The notes under the pieces were generated by a model that saw nothing but the letters and a program-made list of their open reading frames with translations, was not told the DNA's origin and did not search any database. This document shows, one piece after another, positions 12,751 to 23,994 of a DNA stretch of 64,000 bases. Both the position numbers and the translations under genes were made by a program. This DNA is from Podarcis liolepis. Its lineage: Eukaryota. The stretch lies in NCBI GenBank assembly GCA_965112155.1, contig OZ218103.1, one strand, 5' to 3'. The first letter of the stretch is position 1, and each line of letters opens with the position of its first letter.

Positions 12751-12756
12751 AATAAA
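12751..12756 (+). terminator. Candidate distal polyadenylation signal of CELSR2
   Basis: AATAAA with upstream UGUA elements and downstream U/GU-containing sequence. Confidence 0.5.
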
Positions 12757-13318
12757 ACCATAGTTCTGTGCAGGTGACTTCATTTCAGTTCCACACCCAC
12801 ACCTTGTGCTAGAGAATTGTGTGTTGGGGGAAACCAATAAGCAAGATTTGGCAGAGCTGAAGCTCTTGAGTTTTCTCACTGCTTGGGTGAATGGGGAGGA
12901 GGCAGACCAATACTGGTCTAATCTTCTGGAAGGAAAAGCTGCAACACACTTTAAATATTGGGAAGCCATTGCCAAGCTCTGATGCTAGCATGACCACTGG
13001 TAATTCGCAAGAAATTCTTCAGCTCCTTGAAAACACAGCAGGTTCCTTAACTGAGCCAGTTTGTCCAGTAGGCTCCATCTGCAAAACCCACCAGTTCCAG
13101 GAAAGGCTGTATGGAGGTTCATCCATACACTCACACCCAGAGGAAGGAGGCAGCTGTTGTTACCTAGACAACAATATTATACATTCTCACCTCCCAGCAC
13201 ATTGCTTGACTAAGGCGGTAATAGATTTTCTGTTCCATTACTTGTGTCTCAGATCCACACAGTCTGATAGCTGTTCACATTACAGTATTCCATGTTCAGA
13301 CTAGGTTTCCTCATTGGT

Positions 13319-13349
13319 TTTATTTTTAAAAAGCTTATTTTGTTTTATT
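13319..13349 (-). terminator. Candidate polyadenylation signals of PSRC1 (two minus-strand AATAAA)
   Basis: TTTATT at 13319-13324 and 13344-13349, about 430 nt past the stop codon at 13772. Confidence 0.5.
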
Positions 13350-13771
13350 AGAAAAGTATATATTTTAACAAACATAAGCACAGTACAGACAGACATACCT
13401 AATCATATAGCAGAGGTCCTACAAGGCTGACCTGTAGTCCCTCCAGGTAATCGTTTTGACTCCCAATTCCCACCAGCCCTCAGCCAGTGATCATGGAGGT
13501 GTGGTTCTCTCTGTCAGCAAAGCCTTGGCAAAGTCTCCCAGGCTGCAGCTCCTCCTTCACCATGCAAGTTTGGGCCATACGTTAAAAGCACCCAGGAATG
13601 TCGTTAAAAGGGAAAGAGCAGGCAATGCTCCGTGGTTTCACACTCATCCAGCCCCAGATCTGTTCACTACAAGGCTGAAACATAACAAAAAACAAAAACA
13701 TGAACCCAGGCCCTGACAGTGATGATCTATGGTAGAAGCCCAGCAGGTATAAGCAGCCTCTGAAAAGAGCC

Positions 13772-13842
13772 TCACCTCGACTTGCCAGAGGTTGCCTTCT
13801 TGGGCAGTCGCAGTCTGCTGTTCTGGGAAGTGCCAGAAGGGA
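13772..13842 (-). CDS. PSRC1: PSRC1 last coding exon (IPSGTSQNSRLRLPKKATSGKSR-stop)
   Basis: Resembles the human C-terminus GATRSNLQPPRKVAVPGPTR. Frame continuity requires the second AG of the tandem acceptor ACAG|ACAG|. Confidence 0.65.
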
Positions 13843-14090
13843 CTGTCTGTTGAAATGCAGGCGCTTTAAGGGGGGAGAGAAATTCAAGAGATCGGCATGT
13901 AGGAGGTCAGAACAACTGTGATGCTTTGGAAAAGGCCCATGTCCCAATAGTAGAACTAATGCATGCAAAAGGTCCCAGGTTGAATCTCCAGCATCTACTG
14001 GTAGGACTGGGAAGGACCTCTGTCTGAAACTCATCCCCAGTGCAGGCGGTTCTGAGTTAAATGGGCCAATAGGCAGTTCCTAAAAGAAGT

Positions 14091-14401
14091 GGGACGCGGG
14101 TGGCACTATGGGTTAAACCACAGAGCCTAGGACTTGCCGATCAGAAGGTCGGCGGTTCAAATCCCCGTGACGGGGTGCGCTCCCGTTGTTTGGTCCCTGC
14201 TCCTGCCAACCTACCAGTTCGAAAGCACGTCAAAGTGCAAGTAGATAAATAGGGAAAGTAAATGGCGTTTCCGTGCGCTGCTCTGGTTCGCCAGAAGCAG
14301 CTTAGTCATGCTGGCCACATGACCCGGAAGCTGTACGCCGGCTCCCTCGGCCAATAAAGCGAGATGAGCGCTGCAACCCCAGAGTCGGACACAACTGGCC
14401 A
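14091..14401 (+). mobile_element. Sauria (POM-type) SINE, near full length, in a PSRC1 intron
   Basis: GGGACGCGGGTGGC..GGTTAAACC..GGCGGTTCAAATCC tRNA-like head and BovB-like tail GAGTCGGACACAACT. Confidence 0.85.
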
Positions 14402-15094
14402 GGACAATTTTAGTTCAGCCATTTCACTCTGTGTTTCCCGGCTTGGTTTGGGGGTTTGTTCATGGTTTCCAGGGATGGAAACGGCTTGGAACAAAGTTGG
14501 AAATTGCAGCTGAAGTTGTTTAGTTGAAACCTGAATGATCTGAAGGTGTGTACACACCCACACACCAAGTGATGGCACCTTGAGAGCCAGTCGTAAATAA
14601 ATATGCAAATAATGGGAGGAAGGGAACACAGTCCAGTGGCAGAGCAGTGTACTGATGCAGGTCATGCTAATGGACCTATATCTGATTGAGCACCAGCATT
14701 TGCTCCACAGGAGTCCAGCCATATCATTCACAGCTGAGGGACGCTTGGGTGTCCTGCCTTCCTAGAAGCACCTTTGCAAACAGGACCACTAGGAAAGGGC
14801 CACAGCAGAGCATCTACCTTGCATGCAGGTTGCCCCAGGTTCAATCCCTGTCACATCCAGGTAGCCTTGGGAAAGATGCCTGGAATCCTAGAGAGCTGCT
14901 TCCATTCACTCTAGGCTGTACTGAGCTAGAAGGACCAGCAGTCTGACTACATAAGGCAGGTTCCTATGTTCCCACCAGCTTCCTTCAAAACCCTCTCAGT
15001 GTTTTCTTCCCTTTCCTCCCAGAAGATCCTTCCTGCCAGAACCCACTCCCAAACCCAGCTTAAGTTGCTAGAACTTCTGGAACTGCATGCTTAC

Positions 15095-15232
15095 TGTTAG
15101 AGTTTAACACCGGCAGTCTGCTTGCCAGCCCAGACTTGGCCGTGTTCCTGGTTCGAATCTCACGACAACTGCTGTGAGGCTTGTAGCTGGCCTGCAATTG
15201 TGGGGCGCTGCCACCCATACTTGTCACCTGAC
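15095..15232 (-). CDS. PSRC1: PSRC1 coding exon (QVTSMGGSAPQLQ...TAKSGLASRLPVLNSN)
   Basis: Strong TTTCTCTTTTTCTCTGCAG acceptor, GTAAGC donor; the only open frame; contains an SxIP-like SRLP. Confidence 0.75.
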
Positions 15233-16004
15233 CTGCAGAGAAAAAGAGAAAGCAGGCATAAACAGATATGTTGATAAGGAGCGACCAGCAGAGGTCGGGC
15301 CCTTAGCAGTCGTGGGAGAAGAGACAGAAGCTGTCTTACGGCACACATAGACTTTCTGAACAAGCATGAAACAAAAGTCAGACAGTTTTCACAGCAGGGG
15401 CAAACAAGCTATGGGAGCCCTCTAAGAATCTGCACAGGGACCAAATCACACATTTCCAAATAAGTTAAATAGTATCTTCTGCTGCAGACACGAAGCCTTC
15501 AAGACCAGACGTTTAAGTACTAAGCACCTGGTAAATAATGGGTGTGCCAGGTTAAGAACTGAATTTTATAATTTTACCGCACGTTCCTATACATATATAC
15601 TCAGAAGTCAGTCCTATTGGGCCTCATTCAAGTGATGAAGTTCCACTAGGAGAAGCTAAAACAACAGGGTTCCCCCCTGTGCCTCCCAAAATTGGCTGGC
15701 AGCTTTGGGGAAACCCCAGAACAGCACATGGTGGGGGCGGACCATTCTGCCCAGCAAGCTGAAAAGCTTGCACTGGCAGAATTATTGCCATAGCACTACT
15801 TTGAATCGAATTCCTCCCAATGGGTTCAATGGGACTTACTGCCAGGTAAGGGTGAATAGGATTGCAAGCTCAGTCTGCATCAGCAAGGCAACTCTTACGC
15901 CCAATTCTGTGCTCTGGTGTCTTCATACTGGGCACTGACCTTTCATGGGAGTGGGAGGGAGAAGAAGACTAAATCCAAATGATGCACCGTCTACCACAAC
16001 TTAC

Positions 16005-16146
16005 TTGCATTTGCCTTTGGGAGATGCGCCACCTTTTCTGGAGCAACAGAGGCCTTCTTCACAGGACCAGTCTTCAGCGGATCCAGCCTGGGGCCCAGCC
16101 TTGCTTTTGCATATGGTACTGGTTTTTTACCTTTGCTAGGTGGATC
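16005..16146 (-). CDS. PSRC1: PSRC1 coding exon (DPPSKGKKPVPYAKARLGPRLDPLKTGPVKKASVAPEKVAHLPKANA)
   Basis: CTTCAG acceptor, GTAAGT donor; phase 0 to 1 fits both neighbours; basic, Pro-rich. Confidence 0.7.
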
Positions 16147-17241
16147 CTGAAGGCCAAGCTAATGCAGCAAGATTTTTAAAAGAAGAGCAAGCTATGTCAA
16201 AAGCAGCCACCACTATGGTTATTTCTCCCTAGTCAAGTGGGGAGAATGCAAAAAAGCAACTATCTCTTGGAAATGGCTGCTTAACATTAACAGCAGTTGC
16301 ACTGGAGTACATCAGGCCTCGCTGCAATGGCTGCATGTGTGTGGACAAACTGAGTTGCACAAGTTAACATGCAGGAGTTCCATTTCCAGAATGTACATTC
16401 ACATTAACAAAGGTAAACAGTGCTAGGCACACCTGTAGAGGTTAATTTAGGGAACCTATATTCTGCATACTGTTAAAGAACATAAGAACCCTCCTAGATG
16501 AGGCCAATGGCCCACCTAGTCCAGCATCCTGCTCTCATCACAGCCAACTTGTGGGAAGACACAAAGCAGGACCTGAGCACAAAAGCGCCCTCCCTGCCTG
16601 CGATTCCCAACCACTGACATGCAGAGACCAGTGTTTGAAACTCCCATTGTTCCAGGCGCATTTCGCGACAGGGAATTTCCTTAGCGTGAGCAGTTTCTGA
16701 GCTCTGGGTGCAGTACTGAGCCTAAGATTTCAGATTAAAACTGCAAAGTAGAAGGAAAGGAGGACCTTTTTCTACCTCCTCAATTCCAGGTACTCTCTGA
16801 AGACTGCAGAAGAGACCCTCTCAAGAATATTAGGGGGGTGGACAGGGGAAGGACTAGAGCATGTGGAAAATGAACTCTGGCTGCAGTTCATTCATTTTCA
16901 GCTTTGTATTCTTGTTATAAAAAAGCACGCCTAGACATTCCGTTGTTGCGCCCCTAACCTAGATTTAAGGAGCCATTTTGCTCCTAGCTTTCATATCTCG
17001 GTTTCATTGGAGGTGGAATCCTAGCCATTGTGGTTAGCAGCCATTAACAGTCCCACCCCTCCACTAATTTGTTAAAGACATCCAAGCAGGTGGTGATCAC
17101 GACCTCGTGTGGGAGTGAATAGTTCAACTATGCACAGTGTGAAGAAGTGCTCTGTCCTGAATATTTTTGCACTGAAAGATATGCCTAATTCTACCCTGCC
17201 TGCTGTGTGTGCCCCTCCTTGGTACCGCCCATCAGAAATAC

Positions 17242-17409
17242 CTGGGATCCCTCCGAAGAAGCGGCCTTGCCAGAAGATTTCTCTGTTTCCCTCCAAGGTC
17301 CCTGCCTGTTGGTTTGAAGGGGAGGCCTCAGACTTGGCAGGGGCTTCTTATTTTGCGTGGGAAGGGTGAGTGGAGTTGATCTTTCCTTCCTGCTGGACCT
17401 GGTAATTGT
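17242..17409 (-). CDS. PSRC1: PSRC1 coding exon (TITRSSRKERSTPLTLP...SGKAASSEGSQ)
   Basis: TCTTTTGTTGCAG acceptor, CAG|GTATTT donor, 168 nt phase 0-0; SGKAASSE resembles human SGRAAASE. Confidence 0.8.
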
Positions 17410-17879
17410 CTGCAACAAAAGACACAAGAAACAGGCTGGAGCTTTGGAAAAGAAGTGGGAACAAGCTACACACCTCTGAGAAGGACAACTTGGAACCCTG
17501 GAGCCTTCTGCATGAAGGTGCCCTTTTACAATCCCCTGGGCCCAGGCTGTTCTCAGCCCTGGGAAATTACTCAACAGAACGTGGGTTGGAGATCAGATTC
17601 AAGAGAAGATCCCTCATCAAATGCAAGTGTAAACAGCATGATTCATAGGGCATTTGCAGCTACAGAAACTGACTGTGTGTCTTATTAGAAACAAGTCCCA
17701 TTTAGTTCAGTAGGATTATGCCAAGCTAAGTGGGCACAGAGTTGCAGACTGAGTCACAGCTAAGAGTAATTGGCACATGCAAGCTCAGGAAGGGAATCGG
17801 GATCAAAGCCAGGGATTCCCTGAGCACACACTTTGTGCTCCAAATGAAATTTGCATTAGTCCCGCTCCTGCCACTGTAC

Positions 17880-18459
17880 CTTTTTAATGTCCAGAGATTT
17901 TGTTGCTGCCAGTGACTTGAGTGGCTGATTGGGCCGGGATTTCTTGGGGAGCTGGGTGTTGGGGATGCAGGCATTTGATTTATTCTCGCGTCTTTTGGGA
18001 ACAGGTGGGTCTGCAACACAGGAAGTACGACTTCCCATGTCTGGAAGCGGAGCCTTGGGGGAACCTACAGAACAGCAGCTTTCGGGTCCCACGGTTGGCA
18101 GCAGGGCTTGCAGAGGGCTGTTGCTCACGTTGAATGTCCTTCGTCTGGGGGCCCTTGAGTCCTTCCTCACCGCATGCAAAGATTCAATGGAGGGCAAAGG
18201 TTCAAAATCTGGAACCATCTCAAGCCTCATCTCAGAGCTGCCGTTCTCCTTCTCCAGCAGCTCACACCCCTCCATCAGTGCAGCCAGCCTGTTGGCTTCG
18301 CTCATCATCTCCTCTAGCTTTTCGGGACTCAGAGGGCTCCACAACAAAGCCTTGCCTTCACTCTCCCCCCCAAAAAAGTTCGTGTCAATTGACTGGGCCG
18401 CACACCTTTCACTGGATTCTGTGGGGCAAATGCCAGAGACCTCCTCCTCCTCCTCTTGT
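17880..18459 (-). CDS. PSRC1: PSRC1 large coding exon with the GTSE1/DDA3 N-terminal domain ([28 protein letters not shown]...PRRRTFNVSNSPLQALLPTV)
   Basis: Matches human [49 protein letters not shown]; TTCAG acceptor, AAG|GTACAG donor; lies next to CELSR2 as in mammals. Confidence 0.92.
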
Positions 18460-18621
18460 CTGAAGCAAGAAAGTCAAAAATCAACAGGGAACTGCATTAG
18501 GCAAAATATACAAGCACTGTGCAAAAAGGAATGCAATGAGAGAGGCTTCCCATCCCACAGAAGAATTCAAAGCATCGGTTTTGGGATAAAATCTGAATAA
18601 AGCTTGGGAACGCTAGTGCTT

Positions 18622-18805
18622 TTTCTTTCTTTCTTTTTATCCATTTTTATTAAATTTTCCACTTTAACAATCCAATCAAATCACATTAAATATTCCAGAT
18701 TATACATATACATATCAAATAATCGGAATATTCTGCCAAATTACAAAATTTTAATAGGACTTCCCATGCTTCAAGTTCGGAGGGTTCTGATCATCTCATA
18801 CTTCT
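18622..18805 (-). mobile_element. 5'-truncated retroposed fragment (L1-like 3' end) with 14-bp TSD
   Basis: GAACGCTAGTGCTT at 18608-18621 and 18806-18819; T-rich tail and TTTATT at the left end. Confidence 0.7.
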
Positions 18806-19377
18806 GAACGCTAGTGCTTCAAATGACTAGTCTTTGATTTCTGATTAGAAATCTATTATTTTATTAACACAGCAATCTGCAGGAGGTTGGACTAGATGAC
18901 CCTTGGGTCCCTTCCAACTCTACAATTCTATGATTCTATGGCACTGGAAGGTTTGGATGTGGCCGGGGTGTCCTTCTGCTTAGCCCCAGCCAGCTGGCCT
19001 CAGCCTCTGCTGCTGGGAGAAGCCCCATCCAAGTGGGGAAGAGAAGCTGCCACCAGCTGCACCCCCCAAAGCCAGCACAAATCCCCAAAGCAGGGAGTTT
19101 CTGGAGCAGGACTGGGCTGGCACAGGGTCTGCTGGTTCCTGTTGGCAATGGACCTGATCCAGCCTCTTTGCTGAGTCAGCTGGCACAGCAAGCAGGCATT
19201 CTCTCCCCTCCCTTTCACCCTGGCTGGCGGAAGCAGCAGGGCTGTGGAAGTGGCAATGACTGAGTCACTCCATCAAGCCCCACCGCTGTGGGCCAGGATC
19301 TTGGACTGGCCCCTTATTGAGAAACAAAACTTATAGACTGCCCTTTACTTCAAAGTAATCACAGGGTGGTTTCCAAC

Positions 19378-20047
19378 CAGGGTGGATAAAAATCAATTTT
19401 TTAAAAAATAATAATAATACTAATCGGATTTTTTAAATATTTAAATTGGATTTTTTAAAAAATAAATAAATCAGATTTTAAAAATAAAATGCTTTTGGAG
19501 GAAAAATCTTTCTAAAGATAGTTTTCTATTTAAGTTACATTATAGTCCAAAGGCTATTCATCAGGAAATAAGGATTTGTTTTAATTTTTCATGTGTGCTA
19601 AAACTCAGTGAGTCTTTTTTTATTATTAATGTTTAACCACATCAGTTAACAAACACGGATACATATGCTATAATGTTATTTTTTAGTTAAATACGTTGTT
19701 TAAATTGTTATTAAGGAAATGATTATTTTTCTCCTTCCAATAAAGTACAGCAGAAAAGTTGTCCAAATATAAACAGTTAATTTATTAAACCTCACAATAA
19801 TTTCATAATTATCTGTCTATGTATTTCTAATAGTATAATCAAACCAGTAATTTTTGATATAACTGTAAAAACTACTCTGAAAATTTATTATTCTAAAAAT
19901 GAAACCTTCCTCTGCTTGTAAATATTAAGATCATACCAGCAAGAATGAGTCTTTCTGTAAAAAACAAACAAAAACGATGACTAGTGATTTAAATCAAGTC
20001 TTACTGACTAGTGATTTAAATTGATTTGATTTAAATCAAATCCACTG
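19378..20047. mobile_element. Non-autonomous hAT-type DNA transposon, AT-rich
   Basis: Ends CAGGGTGGAT...ATCCACTG; 8-bp TSD TTTCCAAC at 19370-19377 and 20048-20055; subterminal GATTTAAATC repeats. Confidence 0.8.
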
Positions 20048-20458
20048 TTTCCAACATAGTGGGAGAGATTCAACGACATGCTATTCAAAGCTTCCCCGCA
20101 TTCCTCCCCATGATCTGGGGGTTCTCCCAATCTGGAGGAGTGGATTTGGGCGAGTTGTGGGGGCCATGGGGAGAAAGGCCTCACTGTGCTGGTGGGAGCC
20201 ATTGTGGTGGCTTCTTCAAGCACATTGGGTTGGATCTGGCCCAATAACTAAAATAATGATACCAATAAATTAACCCATACTAAAATACCCTTATATTACA
20301 GATAAAACAGCAGCCTATCAAACAGACTAAGACTTTAGGTACCAGCTAGTACCAGAGTGACTTAAGTATCTCTAAAACCTTGCGGGAATAAGTATCTTTC
20401 AACCAGGAATTGCAAGCTTCTCCAGGGAGAAGAGTGTTCTAAAGCAGGAAAATGACTA

Positions 20459-20689
20459 CAGTGATACCGTGGTTCCCAAACAGCTTGGCTCCTGAACAAA
20501 TCAGCTCCCGAACGCCACAAACCCAGAAGTGTTGTTCTGGCTTGCGAACGTTTTTGGGAAGCCAAACATCTGTTTTGGCTATCAGGATTGTTTCCAGGGC
20601 CAATCAGAAGCAACACCTTGGTTTGCAAACGTTTTGGAAGTCGAACGGACTTCCAGAACGGATTGAGTTCGGGAACCAAGGTACCAGTG
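20459..20689. mobile_element. Tc1/mariner (Tigger-like) MITE
   Basis: TA-CAGTGATACC...GGTACCAGTG termini; related 5' fragment at 47203-47285. Confidence 0.7.
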
Positions 20690-21024
20690 CACAGCAAAAG
20701 GATGCTGCACATTACATTTGGACCTACAGAAATTGTTTCCATCAGAACCTGCTTACAGCTGTGACACGTCATTCTGTTCCAGTGTCTCCCTACAAAAGGA
20801 AAGGGGCAGGTCTTTCTACGCAGGCGATTGATCCATTGATACATACTAGCAGTGCAGACACACTTTAAAGCACTGCAGCCTTGCTACAGATTCTGACAGA
20901 CCTGCTTAATGAAGCCTTACAGTAGCTATTTACAGATTTGGGGGTGGGACAGGAGAAGTCGCCTGTGTACTGCCACATACCCCAATTTATATCACCAGGG
21001 ATTAGATTTGTCAATGAACCTTAC

Positions 21025-21082
21025 CCGTCAAAAGAAGACGACTGACTAAAATCCAGTCTCTCATCAATAATAAATTTTATAT
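21025..21082 (-). CDS. PSRC1: PSRC1 coding exon 2 (DIKFIIDERLDFSQSSSFDG)
   Basis: TTCTCCAG acceptor, GTAAGG donor; matches human DVRFIVDETLDFGGLSPSDS. Confidence 0.9.
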
Positions 21083-21602
21083 CTGGAGAAAAAGAATAAA
21101 TCATTATTATTACAAGTACTCACTGAGCCCTGACTACCTACCTGCTCATATTACCAACTTTAAGCAGGAATCACCACAATTACCACCTCCATACAAGCCG
21201 GAATCCTCCCAGTGAAAGGTAATTCCTGGCTTGCAGCAGAACTGAGGTTTTCTCAGTTAAAATGCTTGGGTATTGAAGATGCCATTCCCCAAACTGTGTG
21301 GGGAATATTTTGCAGAACAGGAAATTAAAACGCGTGTATATTCTTGATCCACTTCCCATGAATATGTACTGAGAATGGTAGAAAGTCAGAATACCGATGC
21401 TAAGGGAAGCTGAACTTGTACAACTAACAGCCTGGCCCTATGCAGAATTAGATGCGCCCAAGTTAACTGAAATCACTGGATTAGGTGCACCTAGTTCTAT
21501 AGAAGATCTGGCAGCAAGATGTGCTCTAAATATCGCATGACATAAAAATAATAAAACTCCACTTCCTCAAAATATTTCAGTTTACATGCAACCCCTGCGT
21601 GC

Positions 21603-21605
<3 letters not shown>

Positions 21606-21650
<45 letters not shown>
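21606..21650. repeat. (TA)n microsatellite
   Basis: Seen directly. Confidence 0.95.
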
Positions 21651-21656
<6 letters not shown>

Positions 21657-22164
21657 CCGGTACATATTTTTGGGTAGGGAGAAGATTGTTGATATAAAAT
21701 TCAGAAATCAGTTGCTTTGGACCTAAGTAGTATACACTGAACTAGTCAGAAACCAAAATCAATGCATCCAGTTAGAAAGTTGTGAGTAACAATTCACACA
21801 CACACAAAAACTAGGCCAAACCTCGACTTAGCATGAATGAGCAAACATGAGCTGTTCCTTCAGTTCTGCTGCTCTGGGCTAAACCATACTTTGGCTTAGC
21901 ATTACATTCAAACCTTGAACAAAAGTTATAGCTCATGCTTTGTCTGGAGTGATACAAACTATGAGCTTGGATTCAGACCTGGTGTTAAGCCAAACCATAG
22001 CTTAGCCCTAAATTGGTGGCAGCAGCAGGACCAGGGAAGAGGTGAAGAGGCTGTGATCTTTGCTACAGGAACCCAAACATTTGCTTGTTTGCAGTAAGTC
22101 ATGGTTTGCCTTAGTGTTACATATGAATCATGTCATAGAGTGCAACCGATATTCTAGTGCTCAC

Positions 22165-22183
22165 CTTCGTTTGGCCACGCCAT
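22165..22183 (-). CDS. PSRC1: PSRC1 first coding segment (MAWPNE) within exon 22165-22200
   Basis: AAC ATG G Kozak context; G|GTGAGC phase-1 donor joins D-IKF; same length as human MEDLEE-D. Total CDS 1176 nt, 391 aa. Confidence 0.8.
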
Positions 22184-23737
22184 GTTTTTCAGGAACCATC
22201 CTACATGAAAATAGCATGAATTTGGGTTTGGCTTGATAAGTTTGGGTTTGACTTGGTTTGTGAAATTTATGCTGTGAATTGTTTACCAGAAAGTGTTAAC
22301 AAACAAACAAACAGTGAAAGAAAGACAAATACAACATTTTTCTGTAGTTCATTACTAGAAACCTAATTTGGTACATTTTTTTAGAAGCTGCAGATTTGTA
22401 TTTTTCTCTGCATTTTCTCACCTGCTGTTCCTCTCCCTCCACTCCCCCTACTTCCCATATTCTATTTCCATTTGTAACCTACTTAGAAACAGCTTTCTGA
22501 ATTGTAGCAAGGCTAGCCTGCTTAGCAGCAATAACAGTCCTTATGGGATATAAGGTAGCTGTACCTCCGATACGCCTCTCTCTCCTCCGTCTCGAATCAC
22601 CAGTGGCTTTTCTGGTTTTAAAGGGAGAGCAATCACCGGGCGTTCACTCCAACATTAAGTATGCAAAAGCACCTCCCATTGCCGCTGCAAATAAAGCCTT
22701 TTCCGGTCCTCTCTCCCCACGGGTTTGCTTTTTTGTGAGAAGTCTTAAAAAGATGAATTCCAAAGCATGCTCACTGTATGGTGGCTTTGCAGGTAGTCGT
22801 AATTAAAGGTATCCTGGATCCTTCCCGCCACAACTGAATAAAATGCAGATAGCAGGGCTGACATGAGGCGGGACGGGGCAATTAGCAATATCTGCTCATT
22901 TTTCCTTCCCCATTAATTCTGCAATGCAGCCCCATTGCCCGTGAGTTTAAGGTATTCGCCAGCATCCAGACTAACCAGCATCCGCCACCACCAGGCAAAG
23001 TTTATCTCAGTCACCACATTCCTACTTGTCCCACTGCCTTGTTTCAGAAGTGCATTCGTCACTTATCTGCCCTAAGATTGGTAGCCAGAAATGTTTGGGG
23101 CTTCTCCCGCTCAATGCCATAATGTTTTTAAACGCTGGCAGATACTTCTGTGTCGGGACCGATGTCTCTGATCTTCTCTCCTGCCTTAGTCAAACCACTG
23201 ACGGGAGTTTGCTTTCTCCAAGGCACGCTTCATGGAAAGGTGCAAGGCGTTGCTGGCATAGCGCCGATTACTAAAGATGTGCTTCTTTGCTCAGAGGATT
23301 TAGGAGCCTCTGCTATTTGAATACCCGGTTTTACTGCTTCGTGGATGTTAACATGACATTTGGGTTGCTTTATTCTGTCGTGCACAGCATTCCTATCGTT
23401 TTAAGTAAAGGAGTCGAACGTTCTCTCTAAATAAACCCCTCTGCGTTCAGTGAGGACTTCAGTTCCCAGATAAACGTGCACCGGATAGCAGCCCTAACTC
23501 CTGAGTAAAGTAAACATGCTTTTAGGACTGGGCTGTTAAGGGGGAAAGAAAAAAGACGCAGCTGCTGATGGGCGTGTTAGTTTTGCCCGAAAGCGGTTAC
23601 AGGCAAGAATTCCGAATTGCGAGCCCCGCCCCCCCCCCGCTCCGGCCCCAGCGAAATCCAGCGCCGCAGAACCCAGCCGCCATGCGACATGCAACCCCTT
23701 CCCGCCGGCGCGGGCATTTCCTCCCGCTGGCTCTCAC

Positions 23738-23800
23738 CGCGAAGCTCCGGCGCTTTGGCAAGCGTACAGAAGAGGAGAAGCATAAACAAATTCGAATTTC
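23738..23800 (-). other. PSRC1: Probable non-coding exon 1 of PSRC1 (5' boundary approximate)
   Basis: Minus-strand donor CGCG|GTGAGAG at 23738/23737 inside the CpG island, just downstream of the promoter motifs. Confidence 0.55.
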
Positions 23801-23994
23801 CCCTCCCGCCTCGACGTCACAAAGACCCGCTTCGTTCCTGCGCGCTGATTGGCCCGAGGCTTGCGGGAACTTGTCCGCCGCGCCTCGGCCTTCGTTTCCC
23901 CGAGAGCGAGGGGACGGCATACGCAGCTGCACCGGAAGTGTGCTCTGCCAGCTTGGTTCCCCCGGCGGGAAGGTGTGTCCGGCGTGCGTGAAGC

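Larger units (their letters stand above)
7866..12775 (+). other. CELSR2: Probable long CELSR2 3'UTR
   Basis: Almost free of recognisable repeats. AATAAA at 9023-9028 and 12751-12756; the distal one is preceded by TGTA and a Pumilio element TGTAAATA (12712-12719). The end point is inferred. Confidence 0.5.

Noticed and set aside
14091-14170. tRNA-like A/B boxes here and at 37073 and 52001
   Set aside because: SINE heads that continue into SINE bodies; no intact cloverleaf or terminator.
14306-14731. 141-aa minus-strand ORF as an extra PSRC1 exon
   Set aside because: Runs into the Sauria SINE, has no convincing donor and shows no similarity to PSRC1.
17929-18600. 223-aa plus-strand ORF
   Set aside because: Antisense shadow of the large PSRC1 exon.
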